64,000 nt of DNA from Blasia pusilla (taxonomy: Eukaryota): NCBI GenBank assembly GCA_050084515.1, contig CM114271.1, positions 5,766,001-5,830,000 of the forward strand, in the 5' to 3' direction. Position numbers and translations under genes: made by a program. Of the stretch, positions 37,770 to 49,850 are shown one piece after another (position 1 is the first letter of the stretch; the number at the start of each line of letters is the position of its first letter). The notes under the pieces are model-generated. The model saw only the letters and a program-made list of their open reading frames with translations. It made no database searches and was not told the origin of the DNA.

Positions 37770-39755
37770 ATATGGACATATTGCTGACTTGGTAACACCA
37801 AAAGTGCTCACATCATTTTCACTTGTGCTCACAACACACTGAGCTAGAGCATATGTTGATATTGCTTAGTTGGTCACACTAGAATTGTTCAACACACCAA
37901 GTAGCCTTGATATTTATCTGGCATCTACACATTCAGTAGCCTATCACATTCAGTAGGTGCAAAAAATTCACTGTCTCTCTATCATTGTCTCCAGTAGGCT
38001 TTCATGGCATCAAACCCTCTCCCTACACCCTTCCAAGTCTCAAGCACCATTCCCCTAGGCCCATGATCTATGGTTTTTAGGCTATGATAGTCACTACTTA
38101 ATGAAGAAAGTATCACTCCACTTCTTGGTATCCTACTCTCAATTAACAACACATTTACCAAGAGCAATGTTGAAATTGCTAAGCTGGTCACACTTGATGT
38201 TTTCAACACATTCAATAGACTTCATTCATTGCCCAAAGGTGATGCACTAGTTAGTAATGTTTATTGAAGATAGTGATTAAGTATACTCTCTCTCGCTCCC
38301 AGTAGGGCCTAAACAATGGGAGCAACATGAGAAAAAAATTGTGCATATCATAAACAAAGCAGTGGGAAAATGCTCACAGAAAAGCAAGATGGGAACACAA
38401 CTAAACTGTTGCGCCTTCTATGATGATGGGGATGTAGTATCCAGTCCTTTACTTGGAAAAAAAATCACAACACACGGAGCTAGAGCATATGGTGATATTG
38501 CTTAGCTGGTCACACCAGAATTGATCAACACACTAAGTAGCCTTGATATGCATCTGGCATGTGTAAGAAATGTTATCTGCAGCAAAGAGGAGCGTTCCTA
38601 AGGTGTTCACTGACTCATTAGAGATGAGTCACAAGAAAGACTTGCCTGTCCTATTATACCTCCGGAGATTTCTTTAGTAAAGACTATGGAGAAACATTTT
38701 TTTCTCCCTAGTTGTACCTTTTGTGAGAATATTTTCCACCTGTCATGGGTGTTACTATCTACTACTTGTATCAAACCATTTTGTATCATCTCCTTAATAA
38801 ATGATAGTGAATGTTGATTTGTTTGGTCCTCTCACTAGATCTTGTTCTCCTTAACAAAGCAACAACACTCTGGTTATCACATTATACTTTAGTCCTCCCT
38901 CGCTGATTCCCTCTCCCACTCAATAAATATCCTAAATAATTTGCCTAAGTGAGAACTCTAGTTAGAGCCATGTACTATGCTTGAGAACTCTGTCCTCTGT
39001 ACTGTGTACTCTGCTTCTGCTTTCTTTGGGCACATGTCTATCCTAACAAGAAATAGTAACTAGAGGTTGATATCAATCATCATGATTACCTCCCCAATGA
39101 GCATCAGTGTAACCACATAATGGTTCTAAGTTTTCTTTTCTACTCTACACAAGCCCTAAGTTTAGGGTATGTAAAAATCCTTTTCACAATAGCCCAATGG
39201 GTTGGACCTCATTCAGCCATATATCTAGAAATCATACTTACCACAAAAGAAATGTCACGCTTGGGACAAACCAAAGCCCAAAGCTGATGCATTTGTGAGT
39301 AACGCCTTTAGGGGATTCCAATCAGGTCAGATGTATTATGTTGTAAAGAGATTCACTACAAAGAGAGCAAGAGCATATGCTGATATTGCTAAGTTGCTCA
39401 CACATGAATTCTTCAACACATTCTAAACCCTTGATTCATTGCCCAAAGTTGGTACACTGGTACGAGGCATGTTTATTGGTCTATGGTCTCAAGGCAGGAT
39501 AAGGCACTACTAATGAGTACAGTCTCTCACTCTAACACTTTTGAGACTAGGGACATACAATACATGTGGTCTATCAGTTTGTACTCCATTCAGAGGTTTG
39601 GTCTTACTGACTAAGTTCCTTAGATTCAATGTTTTGTGTCATCTCCCAAATAACCCACCGCTTGCTAATATGTATTGTGGTCAAGGGTCTCAAGGCAGCA
39701 TAAGGCACTACTAAATGAGTACAATCTCTCACTCTAACACTTTTTTGGTCTAGGG
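37770..39755. repeat. Dispersed internal repeats in the 5' part of the transposon (five ~55-95-bp copies plus one ~65-bp pair)
   Basis: gagcatatgNtgatattgctNagNtggtcacac..caacaca at ~37770, 37847, 38162, 38483 and 39371; ggtctcaaggcagNataaggcactacta..tctcactctaacactttt at 39485 and 39686. Confidence 0.75.
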
Positions 39756-39979
39756 TACAACAAAAATTTTGATTATCACCTATCCTCCTGCTTGATCAAA
39801 TTGATCTAGTGAGATCAGATTCTTCTTGAGACCATGGACACATAACACTTTTCGCACTTTGCGAAAATTTCCACATGATACACTTCAACAAGATACATTA
39901 CTGCCCATGGCGTACTCCGTCAAGGTTACTTCAATATCATCGAAGATATCAACTTTCTGGGATACATTATATTTTTTTG

Positions 39980-39982
<3 letters not shown>

Positions 39983-40044
<62 letters not shown>
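39983..40044 (+). repeat. (GA)31 microsatellite
   Basis: Perfect GA dinucleotide run of 62 bp. Confidence 0.97.
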
Positions 40045-40053
<9 letters not shown>

Positions 40054-40617
40054 CTCTATGGTCTGTCGTAGCCTTGCAACCTTGTCGTGCTGGTTGGATG
40101 GTGCTAAGAACGATAGAGTGCTTCAAAACCGCTTCAGATCTGGAAAAAAATCAATTCCATGCGCGACCTCTCAGGAAAAACAAGAATATGGCAGAAGCAC
40201 TCCAATTTTTTTGGGACGATTAGCACTCCCCAAGCTGCGGCCCCGAGCTCCAACCTTGAACGATCAGCATTCCCCAACCCTCGAGATTCCTCTCTCCTGC
40301 CCGCCAACGTCCTCATTAGGTTAGATAAGCATTTAAAATTCAAACGTAATTAAAAATCCCTCTCATTTATTTTGTTGGGACAGCTAAAAAATACTCAAAG
40401 AGTTGACATATGGACCAATACATAGTTGACACGTATATCTAGCAACGTTTTAAAAAAATCTCCTTGCTTTCTTGGAAATCTTCTGTGTACTTTCCATGAA
40501 TTAATAATGCCCTATTGTTTTTATAAGTGTAGTCGTAAATAAAAAAATACCCTTAAGTTCTTCCACAATACTTTTTAAGTCTTCCCCAAAATCCAATTAA
40601 AAAACCCGAAAGAAAGG

Positions 40618-40715
40618 AAGGTGGGGCCCCCATGGATAAGTCTTTCCGTAGGACGGACGTAAGTCCATGCACATTGACATGTCTAAGGACATCGAATTTA
40701 TCCACATTCAACCTA
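40618..40715 (-). repeat. Dispersed repeat, inverted partner of 5062-5163
   Basis: See 5062-5163. Confidence 0.7.
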
Positions 40716-41661
40716 GCTTGGAATCTAGAGGTTTTCAGATCCAATATTTTCAAAAGAATGATATTATTTGGTTAGAAGACATAAGCACTTTAAATCTAGA
40801 GAATCCATAGATGTTTATGATTGGTGATGACATCCGAACTAAATTGATGGCCGTAGGATTAGCCACGCGAGGGATAAGGGATGGGCAAGTGGCAAGGAAA
40901 TGTAGAGGCCATACGCAACTGATATAAGGGCAAGTCGCTAGACGTAAAGAGGAGTTATACACATGAACATTTGAATAGAGGTAGTCAAACAGGAAAGAAG
41001 GGAAAGCTAGGAAAAAAAAACATGGGAATAGGGTGCATTTTCCAATCCCAATAAGGAGGAAGGCAAAAGCAACGTGGAAAGGAGGAGAGTTTAAAGTAAG
41101 GAGGAGGATTGTAGAAAGGAACATTATTGGAATTAAGATGTTGTTCAATACTACTCTCTCAAATGTATACATAGATATAAGACAAAATGATAAAGCTTCA
41201 AGGTTTATAATGATTTATATGTTAAAAAAATATTAGGGGTGGACGAACGGACGTCTTCTTTTTCAAAATGAAAAGGAGGGGTTGGGGTCATTGAATATGG
41301 GGATGGAAAAGGAAACTTTAAAAGAAAAACAAAAATTAAAAAGGAAGTGGAATAGCATGAACGTGACAAAGAAAGAAGGTTTTTTTTATTATTTATCATA
41401 GATCCATACCAACTAGTTTACTTAAAACAAGGTAAAATTTATTCAATTGTAGAAGTTTTATTTTAGTTCTAATATAAGTAATAGCATTTTACATTATATT
41501 CCCCTAATGGTGGTCATGGTCATGCATGAGTCATTTTTTTACCTTCGTAATCCATTTTGACAAAGATTTCACTTTCATAATCCACTTTCATCAAATGTCT
41601 TAATGTTCGTAATCCATGCAGTTTTAAACAAGGTTGTTGAAACACCTCACAACCACTTATA

Positions 41662-42050
41662 CTAGGGGTATGCCCGTGCTATGCATGGATTACTTCATGG
41701 AGTAATAGCTTAATTATGGAGTAGAAGACACCCAATTTTATTTTCCTACTTCTTCATATAATTCCCCCTCCTTCCTCTCCCTAATATTCTTTTCAAATGC
41801 AAGGGTGAAAGAAAGTGAATTCATTGATCTTTTTTCAAATTTTTTTTCCTTTAATGGGAGTATGCATTTTGGATTAATAGTAGACATATGTATTCTCAAA
41901 GCAAACCTCCACAAGAATAATATTGAGATAATGAAATTAAAAAATAAGTCAAAAGAAGGGCATAAATAAAAAAAGAGAAGAAAAAATTATCTAAAAATAT
42001 GTATACTACAATTGGTGACCCTATATGCACAATAATACAAAATAGTAAGA
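41662..42050 (-). mobile_element. Short non-autonomous Helitron candidate; 3' end well supported, 5' end tentative
   Basis: The minus strand reads ccatgc-ata-gcacgg (hairpin with a CpG-type mismatch), then gcataccc, then CTAG|T at 41662. Possible A|TCTTACTATT 5' end at 42050. Confidence 0.55.
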
Positions 42051-43794
42051 TAATATGCCAAAATAAAAATAAACTGGTAGTTACGGCCTCTACAAGTACC
42101 ATCTTTTATGAATACTCGTCGTTGGCGGCTCCCCGTGGAAGCAAAGAATCGTATGTCGATTCTTTGCTTCCACCCGAGCTACCTCACATCCCAGAGTAGT
42201 TTTATTTGTAACGATTGCAGCCAAGTGACATATCTCATTGTTTGGGTTTGTTCAATTCTTGCCTCCCGCGCCATCCGTGCGTGTATAGTTGCTGCTCGTT
42301 GGCTTTTCGTCGGTCGGATTTGTTGAATTCATATCTCCCACGCTATCTCTGCATGTTTAGTTGTTGCTTATTGGATTTTCGCTGGATCTTGGTGTACTTA
42401 CCAGATTCCTGAAATTTTTGTTTCGAGCTTCCTTCCCTGTCTCTACAGCTTAACCGTTTTCCATCGTCTTTTTCTATCAATCTCTATTGGCTTTAAGCGT
42501 GCAGATCTGGGAAGGAACTTCCACACTAGAGTCGACCATCTTCACGCAGCATCGTTCCTACTGCTGACTAGACCTGTCACTTCCCTTTCACAAATTCATC
42601 TGATGGTACTCGCTCTCCTGCGAACACTTCAGGTAAACACACTTATTTTGATTCTAGTTGTCTTCTCATGTTCTTGGTGGAGCTGTACACCCACATGTCC
42701 CTACAGTACATGCCTGAGAGTGGACTGGGATCCAGCCCATTAGAGACATTTTCCCGAGCCCTCTGTCTGCCTCAAACCGAAGCTTTGGATGTAGTATCTG
42801 AATTAATCATCTAGAGAGGGCCTTGTTGGAGCGTCCCCCTATACAAGAACTGACCAGTAATGGCCTCTCGGTTGCTAAGCTCGACCGAAAACAACAAAAG
42901 AAATCTGCATCAGTTAAGTAACATGGGAGACCACACTTATTCGAGTAGGAAAAATTTTAGTGCTTGTCTACCACCTTTCATAAGAGAAGAGCACATTGAT
43001 AGCTCTGCGATATCAAGAAGATTCCCATTCATCACTAAAGTACAATTTAGAACTATCAGTCCAGCTGAAAAACCTCCGATTTCTACCCTCTTGCCAAAAC
43101 TAGTGAAATGCCACTTCATGGTACAATTAGGTTACTAAGGAAAAACACTTACTTTGGAGGGAAAATCGTTGGCCACATGCCTCCACTCCACTCCTACTAA
43201 ATCTGCTTTCTCCTAAGCTTCAGCTACAGTTGATATTAGGGTCGGTCGATGGTGCTCACCAGACGAGATCATCAAGATATCATGACTGCAATACTCTTGG
43301 TTTGGCTCATTCAGAAAAATGAGCCACATATATAGCAGCAACCATTCGAGTTGTATGCTACATGATTTAAGTTGAGCTAACCACTAGCACGTTTACGTTC
43401 TGCATAGGAAGATCTTCAGCACTTTTGAGGATACTCCATCTTTGGTCCCAAAATTTCATCTAAGACCCAATCTCTCACCGCAACTTACTCTCAGTACAAG
43501 ATTCTAGATCAACCAATGCTTGATGAGTGAATGTCGTGTGCTAATTTTATTTCCATTCATGCTATCAATTCTTAGTTGTATCATGTTTACTTTGTTATAA
43601 GTTTTCTGACCTGACTCAGAATTCCAACCCCTCCCTATATCTGTTCACTTGAGCAGCCTCTAGCCAACCTAACCCTACATGGAAAAGACCCCAATACCAA
43701 CTTCAAGACTAAGAAAATTAAGAAACACTCTGCATGTAGGCAGTTAGCTGTCCTTCGCCAACGTGTAAGCAGTAGGGTTCTCCTTTCCAAGAGA

Positions 43795-46700
43795 TTGGCA
43801 TGTAGATCTTATTATATGGATTGGCCTTCCGCACATTCTCTCTTCTCAAGATGGAGCACATTATGCTCATCATTTGTTAAGAAGATGCAATGTTGTGGTT
43901 ACTACGGTTGTGTGTTGTACTCCAACCCCCGAACAAAGATGTGCATCATTGAAGATCAAATGAATCCTCCATGTGCACTATGCAATGGCTTCCTCAGAGA
44001 TTATATAATCCCACATGCAGACCATTTCTATGCATGTGACCTATGCACTTCATGCCAACTGCGAACCCATATAAACGTTTATATGACTCATGCATATATA
44101 AGACATATACTTAATGTTCAACCGCTACATGTGCAGTTACTATCCATGGTAGACTCAAGGATAGGGGTAGAGCAGAAATTCAATGGATTTCATAGAGGAT
44201 TCTTTTCAGTTACATCACTTCTAGATTCCCCTTTAATTGGCTTCAATCTTGGTAACACCATGTGTGGGGATAAATCCTCAATGTACATGCAGCGGTTGAA
44301 CATTAAGTATCAAATATCTCAGGATTTGACATATTTGATAATGGTAACATATCTTTGCGAGCAGTTGCATCATCCCGAGACAAACTCCTAACAGACATTT
44401 TAGGCACATCCCTTGATCCAAGGCTCACTGTAGAAATTGTATCATTCCCATTTTCATTCCGTTTCCACTATGGGTACTTTATAGGCAGATCTACGTTTTA
44501 TGACTATATTCGGCAACGGACTCGTCAGCTCTTCAGCATATTTTCACTATTCATGCCTTATCCACTACTAATGTACCAGCTCCGAAAATCTATTGCCTTA
44601 TGGTCTACCTCAAAGACCTTTATTCTTAATAAATAATTGGATCATCTTCATAGAGATAAGCCTCATTTGGCAGATGAGGAACTGAATGAGCATATATCAA
44701 AATACTCTGTTAGCCTCCAGATCCTTGGAAGTTCTGCCTAGCACCCAAGGCATCTAAAAGACTTGAAGGCTATAGTGCACAAGTGGGGAATGCCCCACTT
44801 ATTCCTAACACTAACTTCAGTGGAAGTCTCTACGACTCGATGGGTAGAATTTGATGATATTGATGCTATCCTTCATAAATTCAATCCAAATTTCTCATGG
44901 CGTGACGCTCCAATTGAGTGGACACATTTGATTCATACTAGGTTTCATTCTTTTCTATCCTTGTTCATCTTCTTAGGGCCTCGTATACTAGGTAGAGTGC
45001 AGGACTATTTGCTGCGTTATGAGCTGCAGGGGAGAGGGAGTTTACATTGCCACATGATCCTATGGATTCACCCAGATGATGTTGACAGAGTAACCTCAGA
45101 AATATGTTCATACACTTGTTCTCTTTATCCTGGCCTTGGGCTTGATAACCATAGCTCTACTAGAATGAATCCAAGTGCAATTCTGTTAGATCTAGTCCTC
45201 CATAAGCAGTTGCACAAGTGCAAAGAGGGTGTTTGCATTGTCGAGAAAATAGAAACACAAACCTTAGTGTCGTCTTGGATTCCCAGCTGATATAAATACG
45301 AACACTGAAGCTTTCATTGATCCACTTACAATGAAATGGAAATATTACCATCCCCCATCAGAACATCGTAATGTCATCCCATACCATCCTCTTTTGCTCT
45401 TGCTATGGGGGGCACACATGAATGTTCAAAGAGTTACAAATGTTGATTGGTCATTCTATTTGCTGAAATATACCTTGAACTCTAAACCTACTGGCTCACT
45501 AGATATTGACACAGAATCAGCCAAATGCCTTGGTCTTGGAGGTTTGGATGAAATAAAACTTCGTCTGGTATCAAGAGTTGTTCTCAACAGATCTATATCT
45601 TCTATAGAAGCTGCTCTCACTTCTCTTCAAATTCTTCTGATATACATATCACAATATGTACATTACATTGATTGCAATCCACCATCAAGAAGAACCTACC
45701 TTTACAAGTCTACTTCTATTCCATGTTTTTTATCCTACCACTCTCTATGCCAGTAGGCCAGCTATCCTCCATGCCCTTACATTCTTCCAATAGTGGTCCA
45801 CACACGAGTTATTGAAAACTTATCCCAAGACAACTGGTGGCAAAGTGACAGGATTAGATAAGTTGGTTAACACTGTCAATACCACCTCTAGACTTTTGAG
45901 ATTTACTGAATTTCATCCACTTCATCAATGGAAAAATTTTTCTACTTGGTTCTTCTTGACAATGTCACTTTCACATCTAAAGATTCAATCCTCTCATTTC
46001 ATGCTGAAAATTGGACTTATCAGCATGAATGTTTGTATAGAAGTATAATCAAGGATATTAATGATATTCAGAGTCTTATAAGAGTACATGCACAAAAGAA
46101 CTTGTGGAGTAATGTCCACGAAGCTGAGATGCTTACCGAGATAGCTATTGTTCTTCAGCCTAAACTCACATTAGATCTACACTCAATAGTGAATCTCCAC
46201 TCAGTTGATGATAAGACTGATCAGGACCCTTGTGATGAATAGATTCTTCTGCTCAGGATTAAGTGAGCTTATGTCATAAGCTCACTTAATCCTGAGTAGA
46301 AGAATCTATTCTGTCAGCTCGCTAATATCAACTCTAGTCTAGTCCTTCTTAAAGGTGACCCATGTTGTGAGGAGTCTTTTTTCATTTCATTTATGTACAA
46401 GTACTTGAAATCAAGGAATATGTCACCCTCCTCACTACCACTACTGCTATAGTTGTTGTGCGTTTGCACCACGATGCGAGTACATTTCACTCAGCCTTTA
46501 GCATCCCAATTAGGGGAGACTTACCATCTATACACACAACATCTGACTTTCATATCAAACTCAAAGCTGCCAAAATGATTGTTACACATGAATTTTCTAT
46601 GCTAACAACCAAGATCCTGCAAATAGTCATGATGCGTATTAATGAGGTAACAACATCTACTAGCCAGGATATACTTGTTGATAAATTGTTGATTCTTGTT

Positions 46701-47475
46701 GGAGATTTGTGTCAACTATCACGTGTCTATAACCATAAAGTTTCTAGCTATTGTCATGGTTACCACATTAGCTCGTCTCCATTCCTTGTCAAAGTCCACT
46801 CATTTCACCTAACAATACATGTCCGACTTTCTGATGATGAGATTTTTCATAAGTTCATGGCATCCATCATGTATAGAATGCCCACTCAGCTAGAGATTGA
46901 TGAGTGCTTAAGTGACTACTTCGCGATTGAGGATGAGGCAATGGACTTCATTAGCTCAGACACAACCATCATTTGTACCCATTGTGAAGATGTTGCTCTA
47001 TTCAACCTGCTAACCCTCAAGGGTTTTCGGAGATGCTTCCATTATCAGAGTCAATGTCTTATCACATGCTCCTTCAAGACCAGAATTTAGTGGATGGTTG
47101 AATGATGAATCTTTTCATCAACTACCATTCATTGCGCTTCATTTCCGAGTTATGATTACATCAAATGTCAATCTAAAATGTCAAGCAGCCAATGGGTCAT
47201 TGGCAATAATTACTAATATTATCTATGATAATGATGAGCTATTACATATTATTGTCACTCTTGACTCTAATGCAAAGTCCATCAAAATTAGTAGAACGAA
47301 CATCTCTACTCTCAGATATGATTCAAATAAAAAATTTACCAAGAGAACATTTCCACTTATGTTAGTATATGTTATGACTGCTCATAAGAGCCAGGGATCC
47401 ACAGTACATGGACCATGCCTCTTAGTTTTAAAATCAATAGTTTAGGTTTAGTTTACGTTATGCTATCTAGAGTTA
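43795..47475 (+). pseudogene. Helitron Rep (HUH endonuclease) + PIF1 helicase, frameshifted
   Basis: N-terminal Cys clusters; Rep motif 1 PHLFLTLT, motif 2 RYELQGRGSLHCH, motif 3 WGAHMNVQ..YLLKY. Helicase: degenerate Walker A (LLKGDP, ~46350), STFHSAFSIP, IVTHEFSML, LVGDLCQL, RVMITSNVN..ANGS, FPLMLVYVMTAHKSQGST, GLVYVMLSRV. Confidence 0.9.
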
Positions 47476-47599
47476 AGTGAAGGATCCAAATGAGAATTTT
47501 AGGATCATTGTCACCACCCAATTTTTTTGTTTTTGGTCAGGATTAGTCCTCCTTCCTCTGCAGTTTTCCACATTTAATATTATTTTTCTTTCATGTATG

Positions 47600-49850
47600 T
47601 CTTCACGTGGAAACTCCAACAGGGGCGAAAACATCATACCAGCACGTCATGCTTCCCAGAGGGCCAAATTTGAAATTACCCATGTATGAGCATGAAACAA
47701 ACCCAACAAATATGCCCGATGGTCACTCTATGCACCAGCAGCAGACTCAGTCACCCGTCCAGATTTCTTCCTACACATTCGCTACCTTCATTCTTAACTT
47801 TTGTTGCTTTGCCACCACCTAACATTTGATGTGCAGGTTTCCTCCAGCTACTTGGACTTCGCAAGCATGATATTATCAGACATACAAGAACAACCAGAGG
47901 ATTTCAAACCCCGGTTCATTTTCCTCACTAAAAATTAGACCAAATATATGGACAATTTAGGCTTGGTACCTTCTTTCTGGGAACATGGAGTCATAGGGAG
48001 GCAGATTCAGTCACTTATTAGCCAGGGGAAGCAATGGGATTCAAAGTTCCGACGCATTAACAAAGATGCCCCAACATCAGGTAAAAGCCTATTTATCTTC
48101 TTATCACTTTGCCTCAGTACTATTACCAATATTTATTGTCTAATATTGGTACCTAAGTTGCTTTCTCCAAACTCTGCAGGAATCCAAAAATAAGTTTTGA
48201 AATTCAAAAAAGTTGACTTCAAAGAAACTTATTTGTTCAAGGAGGCAGCCAAACTATTCAACATCGTGTCTGGTGGTATCAGGCTCGATCAGTTGCGGTC
48301 CTCATGCATCAAATGCACTTACCTCTCAATATGTTAGTAGACTCAACATCTGCTAAAGCCTCACACCTTATCGAGCACATGAAATCTACCCAGGATAATG
48401 GACAGTTACCAGAGTTTGAGCCTATTTCGATTGATGTGGATAACCCTTCTTATTTTCTTGTTCTTCCAAAATTTGATGATGTCAATATCTTGCCATCTGA
48501 TCTTGCACTAAACTCTTTCATGCCTTCCCAAAGAGATGTCATTGACCTGGTTGATATTTCTACTACTGCCCAGAGCCGTGTCTTTAACACTACTTTGCAA
48601 TCCCCGAGCAAAAGGAAATGCACATGAAGCACCTGTTTTCTTCTAGTAAGTTGTTGTTGTTTTTCATACTTTTCTTTAGCATTTTCCCTTCTTCTAAAAC
48701 TATTTCATCTACACTTAGCTAACTTTCCTGTTCATTGTCATTTGAGGTTCCTGAGATTCCAGTTGGTCTATCTCTTTCATACTAGTGACTAGCCTTTGCT
48801 GGATTTTGCATGTTACATATGTTGCCATGACTTACTATATGCCATAGGAATAATGTTGATTCAATTTTTCCCATGTGAAACTGTATATCTTATGTAACAA
48901 TTTTTTCAAACCGGACTTCTTTGATCCTCATCTTGTCCATCTAAAATATGCAGTGCAATTCCAGTATATTCGTTTGCAGCCACATTAAGCTTCTCCCTAT
49001 TGTTGTATTATTGATGGACATCGATTTCCAACTTCTTTTATATTATACATCTTTCTTTCCTTTCTTTAGCATTAATATTTATTTTCAAACATTCATCACT
49101 CCATTACATCTTACTCATTTGTATTAATATTTTGACTTCCAATTCATTTTCAACCCATGAAGTATGAACCCTGCAGTAGCCACATGAATGTTTCCATGTA
49201 CTTTTTCCATTTCTTTTATTTCACCTGCCTAACATTACAACTTATGTCCACTTACTTTCACTTGGTTTTATTCTCAAGTCTTTGTAGACTCTGTACCGAC
49301 TCAGCAATATTCATGTCTTTTAGTACCTACTTAGTATATTTTCCTTTAGCTTTGTTGACTAGTTGGATGATTAAGTGTGTATGTGTTGAATACTTTTGAC
49401 ACACAGCTTTTCCACATCTAGCCCCTCAACTTTATGTCAATGCTATCAATTTCCACTATGCATGGTACTGTAACTATGAGACTTTCATTCGATTTTGTTG
49501 CCATTTTGTGCACATGTAACTGATCTTATCTCTTATCTACTTCATTATCACGTCTCTTGCAGGCCTGGAGTGACTTTGATGAATGCACTCGTTTCCAACA
49601 TGGTTATACGGGTGATGTTGCAAATTGGGACGTCCACGGAGTGACAATGCCTGATGCAGCATATGCTTCTATTCGCGCTGCTTTCGATGAGGATCAGGAA
49701 CGCTCAATCCACCTTAACACTGAGATAGCAATTCTAGTGGATGTCTTGCAGCTTGAGCAAGACGCCCGTGTAGATCTAGCTGCTAAATTAAATAGTGCAA
49801 AGCAGCAGTTGAGATAGGCCAGAGATCACTTCAAAGATTTTGTAGCGGTT
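47600..49850 (+). pseudogene. Second spliced ORF remnant inside the Helitron, unknown product
   Basis: AG|exon 47837-48080|GT joins in phase 1 to AG|48180 with continued reading and single in-frame stops. A further acceptor at 49562 precedes a coiled-coil-like exon (LNTEIAILVDVLQLEQDARVDLAAKLNSAKQQLR). Confidence 0.45.

Larger units (their letters stand above)
32040..40446 (-). mobile_element. Putative P-element-like DNA transposon (decayed), boundaries tentative
   Basis: Contains the spliced transposase pseudogene below. Candidate ends: inverted match of 32037-32091 with 40421-40446, or an 8-bp direct repeat GTTAGATA at 32040-32047 and 40320-40327. Confidence 0.5.

Noticed and set aside
39875-40324. 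ORFs with poly-RE or poly-SL tracts
   Set aside because: Artefacts of the (GA)31 microsatellite.
42860-43600. Possible extra domain (protease/phosphatase-like) upstream of the Helitron Rep
   Set aside because: Too degenerate; catalytic motifs are not identifiable by eye.
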